A DNA stretch of 64,000 bases from Octopus sinensis (Eukaryota), in NCBI RefSeq assembly GCF_006345805.1, contig NC_042997.1:66030001-66094000 (forward strand), written 5' to 3'. Positions 39,383-52,580 of the stretch are shown piece after piece. The first letter of the stretch is position 1, and every line of letters begins with the position of its first letter. A program made the translations under genes and the position numbers. A model generated the notes under the pieces. It was not told where the DNA came from and searched no databases. It was given only the letters and a program-made list of their open reading frames with translations.

Positions 39383-40029
39383 TAAAGTTTCAAAAATTAA
39401 ACAGAACCATGACAAGGATTAAACATAAAATTCACACACAGACATGGACATTCTCCTCCCTTGTCAGTTATCTAAAATAATCATTACAATTTCATGCCTT
39501 TAATAATAATATTGTTCTTTTTTGATGGTATCAACAGTGAAAAGCTGTTGGGAATAGCGAGAGGACATTGATGATGATGATAAAAACAGCTATGAATATG
39601 ACACGAGTATAAATGTAAATCTGCAAAATATATTATTTTATGCAAACAAAATAAAGGTCGTGGGGCTCTGAGGCAAGACAAGATATATGTATGAGTAACA
39701 CAATAGGAAATGTCCTACAGAGCTGAAAAGATGAAAGGGGAGAGTGAGAGAGTGCTATTTCTAGCACACTCTGCTACCATGTAACAGCTATTTGCAATAA
39801 AGGACCCCAAATACCTGTTACATGATAGCAAGGCATGCAAAAGATAGTAGCCAAATCTTTCCATTTCTGGGGAAAGGAGCCGTTTACATGTGATTTCGAT
39901 GTCACATTCGTTGAAAGCATATGAAATAACTTGGAAAAGTATACTCACGAAACAAAACTCTGTTGGTGGGAAACTCTGGTTTTCCCAGGAAATTCCAAGT
40001 TCCCCCACCACCCCACCCCCTTTTCTTTT

Positions 40030-40330
40030 CCAGAAGAAAGTGCCTAACGGTGGGTTGGAGGTGAGATACATTGAATCCACCCAGAAAAACCTTCAGAAAA
40101 AATTATTTGACACCAAAGTACAAATGGGTCTTTTATGAAATATTTACCCAAGATCGAGACAGGCATGTGACTAGAAGGATTGATGAGACTGATAAAGCAA
40201 GGGCTGAGCATCTGGCGGAACAGAGGGAAAAGAGACAGAAGCAGGAGAGATCAGGAATTGGATGCTCATATGAATATAAAAGGAATAAAACAAGTTTCGC
40301 ATAAATCAGACCACAAGTTACTGAGATATG
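40030..40330 (+). mobile_element. Probable second Penelope GIY-YIG remnant
   Basis: KKVPNGGLEVRYIESTQKNLQKKLFDTK resembles YKIPCxxCxxxYIGxTxRxLxxRLxEH; frameshifted downstream. Confidence 0.5.
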
Positions 40331-41249
40331 CGGCTTTTACAGGTACCTTGAACTATTGGTCACCCAACAGGTCACGGGTAGTCTAGAGTTTAATAAAGTT
40401 AAAATGGTTTACAAATCTTGCTATCATGTCCAACACCATAGTAGAGAATGAAGGATTAATTGAATGCAAATGCTATTTTGTCGTCTCATTAATTAATAAG
40501 AAGTGGAGTGGTAAAAATTTTTTACTAATATCTTTTGAGGAGAAGGGCTTACATTTGTCAGTTTGAGAAACAATGGGTTAATGCAGTGAACCCATTCTAG
40601 ACTGCATTCAGTAAAAGGACATCTGACTGATGAGAAATCCATAACTCATAAACAAAGAGAGGCATGGCTGTGTGGTAAGAAGTTTGCTTCCCAGCCACAC
40701 AGGTTCCAGGTTTAGTCCTATTGCATGGCACCTTGGGTGAGTGTCTTCTACTGTAGCTTTGGACTGACCCAAGCCTTGTGAGTGGATTTGGTAAGACATC
40801 TGAGAGAATTCTGTTGTGTGTGTGTGTGTGTGTGTGTGTGTCTATATATATATATATCATTATCATTGTTTAACATCCGTTTTCCATGCTGGAATGGGTT
40901 GTGTGTGTTTTTATATATAAAGTATGTCTCTTGCTCTTCTCTCTCTGGCCAGGTTACCATGCTCCCTCCTCTATAGCAAGACACCTGTTTCTGCCACCTT
41001 GTCTCTCTGTTATACTGTAACCCTTCATCATCTGACAATATCCCCTCCTCCAATGCCCCCTCCCCTCTCAAAATTCTTTAACATGCAAGTTACTTGGTGA
41101 CCCTGCTAGTGCTGGTGCCATGTAGAAAGCATCCAGTCCACATTGTAAAGTGGTTGGCATTTGGAAGGGTACCCAGCTGTAAAAATCATGCCAAAACTGA
41201 CCAGTGACATGGAGGAGATATCTGGCATTCCCAATACCACCACCACAGA

Positions 41250-41900
41250 TGATGACTAAATAATTATCTTCAACATTGATGGGATGACCGCACCATATAT
41301 TACCAGGGATGCGAATCAGGCCACATCCCATGTTTGTAAATATATTTGATCCACCAGTACTTCTTTCAAAGACGTTTTCTTAAGCACCAGTCATCTTTCA
41401 GAGTCCCAGAAATATGGTTTGTCACATCCCTGGCCCACCATGTGTGACACCTCAAAGATCAAGGGACCCCATGTGATATCAGGTGGAAATCAATTGATCA
41501 TCCAGGCCCATATATTAATGGAAGTGGCTGTTGCAAGATCTGCATTGTGGAGAGAGCCAAAATTCTTAAGGACTATAAGAAACCTGGTGCATTAAATAGA
41601 CATAAAGAGGTGTTTTCTAAATGTAACCACTTCAAGCACTACTTACTAGAAAATTGGATCTCCCCATTTGTTGGTTAGGCCTCTTCGGGTCTATAAGGGT
41701 TGGTTCTTCCTCTGGTTCAGGGGAGATAATGTGTCCTTATTAACGTTTTTTTGTTAAGACATATTTCTTGATTTCTGAGCATTTCCTCATGTCTGCAACG
41801 TAGAAATTTTAAACTTCTGTCTTTGTATAGAGACTGACGAGCTGTCCATAAGGTTTTGGCTTTGTGGACTCAAAGCTTTGGGTAATTCTATGTCCAATAT
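41250..41900 (+). mobile_element. Penelope-like element remnant: GIY-YIG endonuclease + 3' pLTR with degenerate hammerhead
   Basis: KYI*STSTSFK..KHQSSFR..HLKDQGTPCDIRWKSID..GSGCCKICIVERAKIL..LNRHKEVFSKCNHFKHYLL; CTGACGA at 41834. Confidence 0.8.
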
Positions 41901-41921
41901 TTAAAATTTTCTTGTAATATA

Positions 41922-42825
41922 CATCATCATCATCATCATCATCATTTAGCGTCCGTTTTCCATGCTAGCATGGGTTGGACGGTTCTACTGGGGTCTGTGA
42001 AGCCAGGAGGCTTCATCAGGCCCAGTCAAATCTGGCAGTGTTTCTACGGCTGGATGCCCTTCCTAACGCCAACCACTCCGTGAGTGTAGTGGGTGCTTTT
42101 TACGTGCCACCCGCACTGGTGCCAGAAAGAGCTGGCAAACGGCCACGAACGGATGGTGCTTTTTATGTGCCACCGGCACGAGGGCCAGGCGAGGCTGGCA
42201 ACGGACACGAAACGGGGCGGTGCTGGCAACGGTCGCGAAACGGAAAGTTCTCTTACATGCCACCGGCACTGGTAACACATCTGCAATTTCCATTGATCGA
42301 TTTCGATTCTGATCCTCACTTGCCTTAATGGGTCTTCACAAGCAGAGTTTCGACATGCCACCGGCACTGGTAGCACATCCGCAATTTCCATTGATCGATT
42401 TCGATTCTGATCCTCACTTGCCTCAACACGTCTTCACAAGTAGAGTTTTGTGTCCCAAGAAGGGAAGGTATGCATACGTAGGCTGGCTCCATCCCATGTA
42501 GAAGGCCACGGGTTGTGGACTCACTTGTCCTGCCGGGTCTTCTCGCGCACAGCACACTTCCAGAGGTCTCGGTCTCTAGTCATTTCCTCAGTGAGACCTA
42601 AAGTTCGAAGGTCGTGCTTCACACCACCTCGTCCCAGGTTTTCCTGGGTCTGCCTCTTCCACAGGTTCCCTCAACCGCTAGGGTGTGGCACTTTTTCACA
42701 CAACTATCTTCATCCATTCTCGCCACATGACCATACCAGCGCAAACGTCTCTCTTGCACACCACAACTGATGCTTCTTAGGTCCAGCTTTTCTCTCAAGG
42801 TACTTACACTCTGCCGAGTACAATG
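41922..42825 (-). mobile_element. 5'-truncated RTE LINE with ~100-bp internal tandem duplication in the 3' UTR
   Basis: ORF 42619..42861 contains LRWYGHVARMDEDSCVKKCHTLAVEGTCGRGRPRKTWDEVV; duplicated block ~42256-42447; (CAT)n at 41922. Confidence 0.9.
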
Positions 42826-43407
42826 GGTTTCTTTCAATTTCTGTCTACCAAACCCAGTCACTATGTTTTGGTCAGCCTGGGATCACAGTAGATGACACTT
42901 GCCAGAGATGCCACCAAGTGGGACTGAACCATAAAGCATGTGGTTAGAAAGCAAACTTCTTAATCACACAGCTATGCCCATGCTTAATGAAGAGATTGGT
43001 AATAGTAGTGATGCTACTAGTGATTGGTCATGGTATTTGAAGGAAGTAATAGTGATGATGCTGATGGTTGAGTATGCTGGTTATGATGTGATATCAATAG
43101 AGAGAGAGAGCTGATGATAACTGTGGTGATGGTGATAATAGTGTTTGTTATCAAAATGTTAGTGATTATATGTTAATGGTAGTAGTGGTGGAGGTTACAT
43201 TAATAGTTATGATAATGATTATGATGATTGTGGTGACCAGGGTGATGCTTTTCAGTTGCCATGGTGACTATGATGAATACATCTGTTGTGCTATGACAAT
43301 GCAACCAATAATGATATCAACAAAGTAGGATACGTATGAAGATGTAAATCCAATTAAGAGGAAACGGCAACTCAGCTAAAGAACAAACAAAGTGAATAAT
43401 AGCTTAC

Positions 43408-43584
43408 CAAGACATTGCAGGTGAGAGGTGACTGATTTGCATCGTCCGAAGTAAGGTCTGGACTTATAGACGGCAGTGCCGTCGGTGTTGTTGGGGATGT
43501 CACATTGGCCGAGACTGGACTGGAGTGTAATAGTTTCTGGTGCTGCCTGTCATCAGCAATTTGCTTCAATACAAGTTCACGTGC
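43408..43584 (-). CDS. UBX-domain gene, exon B (ARELVLKQIADDRQ..QSPLTCNVL)
   Basis: Acceptor tttttgtcttattgcag|, donor TTG|gtaagc; 177 nt, phase 0-0. ARELVLKQIADDR resembles the coiled-coil motif upstream of UBX in UBXN1/UBXN4-type proteins. Confidence 0.9.
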
Positions 43585-43833
43585 CTGCAATAAGACAAAA
43601 AATTGACCCTTTAGCATTTAATTCAGCCATACCCCACACAAATATTGTACCTGTTTTATGTTCAAACCTGCTAGATTTGGCCTCTCATACATGCTCTACA
43701 ATGTCATTCTAAAATTAAACAATGACATTTGTCAAAATTTTGAAGCAATGATATAATGCCTGATTAATTCAAAATCATGTGAATAAATAGGTATTACATT
43801 TGACAGAGTAATATGCACATTAAAAGGTTAAAC

Positions 43834-44153
43834 CAGAGGTTCTCAACCAAGGTCCATTTAAATCGTGAGGATCCATATAAGAGTTGTGGGAGGGTCCATG
43901 GATGCAATATAGTAAATTGGGTGTCCACAGTAATTCTTCAGTGACCATAAAAATTTGTGCTTCAGACCAGTAAAGTTTATGTGCAAAAAATTAGTTATAT
44001 GTCCACAATACACAAAATGTTTTAACATTTTTTATACAAATCTTAATATTTAATTATAAAAATGCAATGGGATTTTTTAAACATCGAACGACTACGGAGG
44101 TCCATCCAAGTAAAATAGGAATCAAAGGAGAACAAAATGGTTGAGAACCTCTG
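43834..44153. mobile_element. hAT MITE with perfect 8-bp TSD
   Basis: 16-bp TIR cagaggttctcaacca / tggttgagaacctctg; TSD ggttaaac on both sides. Confidence 0.92.
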
Positions 44154-45814
44154 GGTTAAACAGAAGATGAATTTTCATTGTGCTTGTACATACATATGGG
44201 TGTAAAGCTCTATGAGTACCAGTGTGGGTAATCGATGGTGACCAAAATAATTTTACTTTCTGTCTGGTATAATTAACTCTTTTGCCTGTCCTATGTATCA
44301 CATGACACACACACAACATATTTCCCTGGCATCCATGCATCATAATATGATACACATTCCCAAATTTTCTTCAACTACTAGAGTGACTTGTGACTTGGCA
44401 TTTATGAAACAAGGGCTAACTAAAAATTTGAAAACAAGCATGGATGTCTATGACAAATGAAAATGCTTTAGAGAGGCAAGGGGCTAAAATAGTTGGCCTA
44501 TTTGATTAAGTTTGTCTACCATAAGAAGGTAGAACTTCTAACATCTCAAGCAGAGGTCACTTTATTCTTTTACTCTTTTATCCTTTTATATGTTTCAGCC
44601 CAAAGACTGTGGTCATGCTGAAGCACCACTAGTATTGACTCCATGAAGCCCGCAATGAGAACTGAATTCACAAACCTTAGCTTACAAGACCAGTGATCTA
44701 ACCTTTGAGGTATGGAGCTATAATAAAAATAATTATTCATAGTTTTCTGAGTTATATATATGCCTAGCAAGTGACTTAATCTGAGATCATGTGGTGAAAC
44801 TGAAATAATTACATTGAAGTAAAGGCACAATACATGTTTAAAAGACACATATACTCTTACATTGTTTTTTTTTATTCCATTTCTTGATCATTTTACAACT
44901 ACAACTTGGTCTTGGTCATTAATACAATAGCATCACATATAGTGTTAATATAACAATTCAGGTTGATTCAGAAATCTATAGCAGTTACAATTTCTATTTT
45001 GCCACAGTTTTGTTTTAATAATCTATTTATACTTTTAATACTGTCTTTACCATTATGTTAGTGAATATCTCTTCTGAACAGTTGACAGTAAGAATGGAAG
45101 AGTAGTAGACCAGCTATCTAAGAATACTTGAACCATAGCAATGAATAGAGGTGACCGAGGCCAGAGGGTTTAATGATTGCAGTAAGGTTATTGTAAAAAA
45201 GTAGATGTCAGGGAGAGATAGAGAGACCAATGTTGTCAGGTGACTTATATTATTATACACCCTGATGTTTTAACATATGTTTTTCCATGCTTGCATGGGT
45301 CAGACAGAATTCTTGGAGGCAAATATTCAACATCCAGATACCCATTGTCTCCAATCATTGCTTGATTCCAAACAAAATAATATATCCCTAGGACCAGACA
45401 TGTTTTCGCAGGAGATAGGGAAAAACTCAACAAAAAATATTGCTTGCTTGACCACAATGCTTGTTTATAATATCCATAATGTTAAGACAAGGAGACACAA
45501 ACACCTATACACATATATATACACATGCTAGTCTTCTCATTAATTGTAATCAACTTAGACAATTATACACAATTAGTTCAGTATTTATACTCTATACTGT
45601 TGACTAAAGTACTAGAAACAACAGTCAAATGTCCCTCAAATTGCACTTACCTGTCTTAAATAAAGACAGAAAGGATGTTTTAGATAATGTAGTCTTAGAT
45701 ACATTTAAAAAGATGTCACAGACACAACTAGACTGCCTTTGACCATAGTTCTGCTCAATAACAGCTAACCTGTCACTAAACAACAACAACAATAAACAAC
45801 AACAAGCAACCTAC

Positions 45815-46106
45815 CGATTTATTTTGCATTTTTTCTAAAATTGCTTTCTTCTGTGCTTCATTGCGTTGCTTCTCTTCAAACTTTTGTTTCATTTCTCTCT
45901 GTTTCTCATTGACAAACATACGTGTGTGGACAGTTTCTGTTTCATCACCACCCTGCCCCTCCATCTCTTCTTTCTGTTCCTTTTCTTTCAGTTGAGATGA
46001 AGGGCTATTCAAATGACTACTGCTGCTGTCATCAACATCTGTCTGCAAACCACTAGCATTGCTGATTGATACAGCTGAGGCATCCATATTACTTACTTCT
46101 CTTGGA
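45815..46106 (-). CDS. UBX-domain gene, exon A (acidic/Ser linker + coiled coil; ..IQEVSNMDAS..EKQRNEAQKKAILEKMQNKS)
   Basis: Acceptor ttgttttgtag|G and donor TCG|gtaggt; 292 nt open (1 nt + 97 codons); ends phase 0, in frame with exon B. Confidence 0.85.
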
Positions 46107-47777
46107 TCCTACAAAACAATTGAAAATTTCTTGAATGTTAATGAGTTTAAAAAAATCTTTTTTTATTTTTCAACACTTAATACAACCCACTTCAGCCCAA
46201 CCCTAATTCTATGATACAAATTTCCTATTTTAATTCTTTAGCATTTAGACAGCCATATCCAGCCAAAATATTCTACCAGTTCAATCCAGCCAGATCTGGT
46301 CTCTCTCACCTACCCTACAATGTCATTCTAAAAATAAATGATCATAAGATCGAAATCTCAAAGCCACAAGATAATGTGAGATTAATTCAATATAATGTGA
46401 GTAAATAAGCATTCCGTTTGACAGAATAATGTAAATGTTAACGGGTTAAAGTGATCTAAATGAAAACCTTTCTTCCAAATTTCATGTTACTTTATGTTCC
46501 AAACATCACCTTACCAATCACAAAGTTATTTTACTAAATCCCATCCTTCAATCTTCTCTGCCCACTATTCTTGTGAGGGTCATGAAGGCACCTCTTTCAC
46601 AGAGTCCCATCAGAAGCAAGACATTACACTTTCCAGCTAGATTCCTATACGTGAGACACTGAGACTAAAGAGATGGGGTAAGAAGTTTGCTTTCCAACCA
46701 CATTGTCTGGGTTCAGTCCCACCATGTGGCATCTCAGGTAAGTGTCTTTTACTATATCCCCAGGCTGATCAAGGCATGGTGGGTAGACTTCATAGACAGA
46801 AACTGAAAGAAGCCCATCATGTGTGTGTGTGTGTGTGTTTGCATGCATGAGTGTGTGTCTCTCTGTTTGAGTTTGCCTCCCATCCCTGCCTGACAATCAG
46901 TGTTGGTTTGTTTATATCCTTATAATTTAGCAGTTCAGCAAAAAGAATCTGACAGAATAAATACCAAGCTTCAGAACAAAAGCAAGTAAGTCCTACGGTC
47001 AATTTAATTGAAACATGTAAAAGATAGAAGGTATAACTTTCCCAGAGTTAATAAGAGAGTCTCCAGGTATTTGCTCAACCTTGTAGAAGTAGAGACCAAA
47101 TTTACTCTAAATTAGACTGCACCATCTTTGAAAGAAAAAAAAAAGCAAAGATACATTAGATAACATAGCTTGAGATATGCTGTGTACTGAGTCTGAAAAT
47201 AAAATAAGAAGACTGTGACTCTGACACATCTGATCTTAGGTCTACTTCAGATTTATTTCTTGCACCTATTCATTTGGTTGACTGTCTACATGCCATATCT
47301 CTGCATTATCAGACTGACTGAGATTACACAACAGCAACAAGATCAATTACTAATATTTTAGTTCCACCAATAACTACACCACCCATCCATAAATTTATAT
47401 TATTGAAGTTTGAAGCATGTAAACCATTTTAGCAACAGTAGCTAATGAACTAGACATGAGGTTTGTGATATGATCGAAGGATTTTCATACAAGTCTTATT
47501 ATTGCATTTTGTGTCAATAAATGTATATAAAATGTTTCTTAAGCACCCAAGGGGTTTTAAGGGGACTTTTAGCATTTATATCCTAGTTTTATGTATGTTA
47601 ATCTCAAATTGTCTAGGATCCATTCCACTGCTAGTAAAACTGCCAGTAGAGTTTGCTGCAGGCAGCTGGCCAATGGACAGCGTTAATGTACTACAGAGCG
47701 TATCTTTTTCTGCCTGTGAAGAGATTTTATCACCTTAAAAAAAATGGAAGCACATATTAGAGAATGTAGACCTAGAG

Positions 47778-48017
47778 CAGGGCCAGCGTTAGGAAGTGTG
47801 AGGCCCAATTAGAGAATTGTCACCGAGGGCCTCTACTCGGCAAAAGCCGGGGATTGATGTATGCCAGTCCCAAACAAAAAGGAGTAAGGGCTTGAGGTAC
47901 CACCATTAGCTACAATTATATACTAAAAATTCATCAGTGTCCTCTGCTTAAGTGTGCACATAGGGCCCTCTCTTGATGTGGGGCCTAATCTGTCTAATCG
48001 GCTTAAAACCAGTTCTG
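47778..48017. mobile_element. Probable hAT-type MITE
   Basis: cag..ctg ends flanked by a cctagag direct repeat. Confidence 0.6.
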
Positions 48018-49049
48018 CCTAGAGGCATTATATCTAGGAAGGGAGGGGGAGGTAGGGAGGGGGAGAGGGAAGGAAGGAACGAAGGAAGGGCAGGGTCATC
48101 TTAATTGGTACCCCTTTGATACAGGGTCTAATAAATCAGAACTGATTCAGAAGTAAACAACAATTGCAGCAATAGCTAGTCTTTACTGGAACTGAATTCT
48201 GTAGTTTGTGTCTTCCTTAAATTTTTATATTTCTAGTTTGATAAAGGTTTTCACACAAATTGTAATTCTTGAAATTAATTTCTCTTCCAAAGGTGACAGC
48301 CTGGATAGAATTGTAGGATCATTGGAGGAAATGACTTGCAGTATTTATTGGCGGCACCTTGTGTTCTGAGTTCAATTTCTGCAGAGGTAAACCTTGCTTT
48401 TCATTCTTCTGGGGTTCGATCAACCACAGAACAAAAAGCACTGTTCAAAAGCAGTGAACAAATAGAAATGGTAAGGTCATGGATGAGATATTTTGTGGTG
48501 TTTTTTTCAGTGCCTTGCATTCTGAGTTCAAATTCCATCAAGGACTGCTTGGTTAACAGAGTTAGACCATCAACCAGTGTAACGCCACTACCTGGCACTT
48601 TGGATGTCTTTCAGAAGAGTCCATTCTGTTGCAAGAGTTTGAGCCAGGTCTAGCTGAGGATGCCTTCCTCTCTCCCTCCTTCCCTTCCTCCCACTAGTAA
48701 ATGGCTGTGAGTACTTATTTATCAAACCCTCACAGGGATTTCGAAAAAAAAAAATAATAGCCCATAGTTTGAATTTCTATAAATTGGCCAACAGTTGGAA
48801 TTCAACTCGAGACTACGACAATAAAATGATTGCATTACAGAATTAATTCTCAGCCATCCTTAATCTCTGATCAAACACCACCAGGGTGTATAGTCATTAC
48901 GAAGATATCATAGTCATGCTATTTAGATCCCTTTAGCTTTGGGCCATGGGCCCAATTAGCGTTCTGCAGGAGCTAGCTCAAGAGTTTGCACAGAGTGTGG
49001 CTTTTAAGCTAGTACATAATAAAAACTTCAATACAGAATATCAACATAC

Positions 49050-49119
49050 CAGATAAAGTCTGCAAGTATTGGCAGTTTGAGGTGCTTTAACATTAGGCTG
49101 AGAGTTTCTTGAAAGAAGC
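49050..49119 (-). CDS. Candidate upstream exon of the UBX gene (coding or 5' UTR)
   Basis: Very strong acceptor tttttctcttcttttag| and donor TG|gtatgt; 70 nt. One frame (FFQETLSLMLKHLKLPILADFI-W) joins exon A in phase. No recognisable motif. Confidence 0.3.
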
Positions 49120-49857
49120 CTAAAAGAAGAGAAAAATTTAAAAGAAAGAAATAATTTTCAGGAAAATAAAAAACAACTCAACAACAAGTTTAAAAACAGA
49201 CTTCCAGACAAAAGATACTTTACAAAAATATCAATTCTTAATGGTATACACAAGGTGTATCTGACAAGACAAGAAGCAGAATATTATTGTGCTGTTTTTA
49301 AACTGACAATAAAAAATATGTAGTAAATTTGAATGGCTGTTATCTTCTTGATATCGTGGCATTTTTACAATTACAATGATGGGAAAGCACATATAATTCT
49401 TCCCTTTGAATTAAGTAGGTAGTTTGTACAACAAGATATATCATGCAGTTATTGAAGTATTCGATAAAAACTGTACATAAAGTTCACTTTATGAGAAATA
49501 TTTCTATCTGTATGAGAATATCAGAAAAACAAAAAGATGATCTGCTTACTTAGTGAGAAACTAAATCATTATCTTTCTATGTAGATGCACACATACACAT
49601 GCATGCACACACACAATAACAACAACTTATTTTTATACTTGAGTATTTGTAATAAAGTATGTGTTTGTATATATCTATATGATTTTGCACACAAAAACAA
49701 GTATATATTTATACATTTCATATACACACACACACACTCTCTCTCTCACACACGCATATATATATATATATATTATACACATATGTAATGTATATGTTAT
49801 AAATATATTATGCATATATATATTCACATATATATTTGCACATATATATACATATAA

Positions 49858-49922
<65 letters not shown>

Positions 49923-50672
49923 TATATACATATATCTATCTATATATATATATACACATACACAGACACACATGCATGCAAACTCACACACATCCATTTA
50001 TAAATATAACTCAGAAAGATATCAATCGATTTTTATTGGACTTCTGTACATATGATAAATGGAATCAAACATCCAATATCTGCTTTGTCTGTTTGACATT
50101 TCATAATCAGTTGATGCTTGTTGATGAATACTGTAAACTTCAGGAATGCAAAAAAAAAATGGAAGTTGTGACACTCATGCCCTCTCTGAGAGCATTAGCG
50201 ACATAAGGGATATAATATTGCTCTTGCAGGAAAATCAAAGCAATATCTCAGACTCACTGACTATTTACTGACATACCTACTCCCCTACGAGCACAGATAT
50301 ACAAATTTAGATACATACAAACACACATAAAAAAATTAATATATAACCATTGAAATCACTTTGCCATTCTTACATACTGAAGAAGATGGAAGGGCAGACA
50401 AGACAGCCAGCTCTGAAAACAATAGAATTAACAGACAAAATGGCCAGAGCACTTCTTTTCTATACTGTATTCAATCTAGAGCAATGGTTTTCAACCTCTT
50501 TTAGATGTTGCACTCGTGTAGATTGTGACCATGCTGGGAGCACCAAAACTTGAAGGGTTTAGATGAAGAAATCAACCCCAGGAATAGTTTGTTTTTTTTA
50601 AGTCGGGTACTTCTGGTACTTATTCTATCAGTTTCTTTTGATGAGCCACTAGGTTTTAGGGATATAAACAAA

Positions 50673-51060
50673 GGCGCAGGAGTGGCTGTGTGGTAAGTAG
50701 CTTGCTAACCAACCACATGGTTCCGGGTTCAGTCCCACTGCATGGCACCTTGGGCAAGTGTCTTCTACTATAGCCTCGGGCCGACCAAAGCCTTGTGAGC
50801 GGATTTGGTAGACGGAAACTGAAAGAAGCCCGTCGTATATATGTATGTATATATGTATGTGTGTGTGTTTGTGTCTGAGTTTGTCCCCCTAGCATTGCTT
50901 GACAACCGATGCTGGTGTCTTTATGTCCCCGTCACTTAGTGGTTCGGCAAAAAGAGACCGATAGAATGAGTACTGGGCTTACAAAGGTTGAGTTGCTCGA
51001 TTAAAAGGCGGTGCTCCAGCATGGCCGCAGTCAAATGACTGAAAAGAGTAAAAGAGTAAA
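50673..51060 (+). mobile_element. Young copy of the dominant SINE (family A), nested in an older inverted copy. Other copies e.g. 470-830, 4997-5475, 6625-6975, 14985-15385(-), 19650-19950(-), 20050-20455, 22260-22560(-), 26963-27240, 34080-34385, 40660-40850, 46670-47000, 52290-52720, 61245-61570(-), 63410-63740(-)
   Basis: ggcgcaggagtggctgtgtggtaag..ggttccgggttcagtcccactg..ggatttggtagacggaaactgaaagaagcc-(TA/TG)n-..cagtcaaatgactgaaa..gtaaaagagt. Confidence 0.9.
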
Positions 51061-52367
51061 CTAAAACTAATTGCCAAGGGGAGTGGGAGATCAAACACAA
51101 GGACACACAGACATACACACTCACAGAGGTGTGTGTGTGAGTGTTTTGCAAGATACCACAGAAAGACAAAATGGAATAGGCAGGACAAGAGAGATACATG
51201 GAACAGAAAGTCAGTGAAGAGGTCAAAGAATGTGTGATGAAAGAGCTTTGACAGACAAATAAAATAAAAACAATAAAAATAAACCTAAAATGAAAATCAA
51301 ATAAATAGTGCATGTGTTTAATTGGCAAAAGATGACCATCCCCAAGTATAGCAATACACGCACACACAAAATGGTCACAAGCCTAATGTGTTGTACGGTA
51401 GGACTGAACCTGAAACCACACATTGCAAAGTGAGCTTCTTAACCACACAACCATGCTGGCATCCACCCATGACTTCACCTACAGCTTTGCTTGAGCTGCC
51501 CTTGCATGTTGTCTAAGACAGCTGTACATATAGCAGTGGTACAGATGTGTGCAATACTCCATTGTGGATTCACCTGAGCTTTGTAAAGTGTTGACCCTTT
51601 ACTATTCAGATTATTCTGTCAAATGTAATGCTTATTTATTCACATTGTTTTGAATTAATCCAGCATAATCTCATTCCTTTGAGATTTCAAGGATGTGATT
51701 ATTTACTTTTAGAATGACATGGTAGTGCAGGTGTAAGAAGTCAGATCTAGCTATTTTGAACATAAAATACATAGAGTAGTTGGGTCTGATAAGGCCAGTT
51801 TAAATGCTAAAGAGTTAAATACTGGGGGTGGTATGGACCTGAAGAATTTTCTTAAAGATAGAAAGTGTTATTTAAAAATTATATAGAAATGGTATGATCT
51901 TGCTACAAAAAAGTAAATCATTTTACAATGATTCTCCAGATTTAGCCAAAATTCTTTGAAATCAACAAATACAATACAAAAATAATTCAATATTCTAATA
52001 TGAAAATTCACATGTGTGTTTTTTTAAAAACAGAAGTGACAAAGAAGTGAATATTCTTGAAAATAGAGGCAGGAAGTAAACATCAATTTGATTAAAAAAA
52101 GATGATTGCTATCTTGAAGCATTATGAAAAGACAAAAAAAAAATTGCACATTTCAAAAAATATATGTGAATTAGAATTATTAATATTTTAGATTTACTTT
52201 AGACTAAACCGGAAGATACTGTAATTTTGGCTACATAGAAATACAGATGTATTTTAATTGCTGCTTTTTCCATTATAATTAGATATAAATTGGGCAAGTC
52301 TCTTTTAATATACCCCTAGGCCAACCAAAACCTCCCAAGTAGATTTGGTAGATGGAAAATGATGAAG

Positions 52368-52368
52368 C

Positions 52369-52434
<66 letters not shown>

Positions 52435-52482
52435 GAGAGAGAGAGAGAGACAGAGACAGAGAGAGAGACAGACAGACAGACA

Positions 52483-52580
<98 letters not shown>
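52368..52580. repeat. Compound (TA)(GA)(GACA)(GGCA)(GACA) microsatellite inside a family A SINE
   Basis: Read directly from the sequence. Confidence 0.97.

Noticed and set aside
39890-40386. Plus-strand host exon after ttttcttttccag
   Set aside because: Three overlapping short frames with stops; better explained as a frameshifted GIY-YIG remnant.
47502-47738. AVEWILDN on the minus strand as a UBA end
   Set aside because: In-frame stop shortly upstream, no acceptor in that frame, and no MGF motif.
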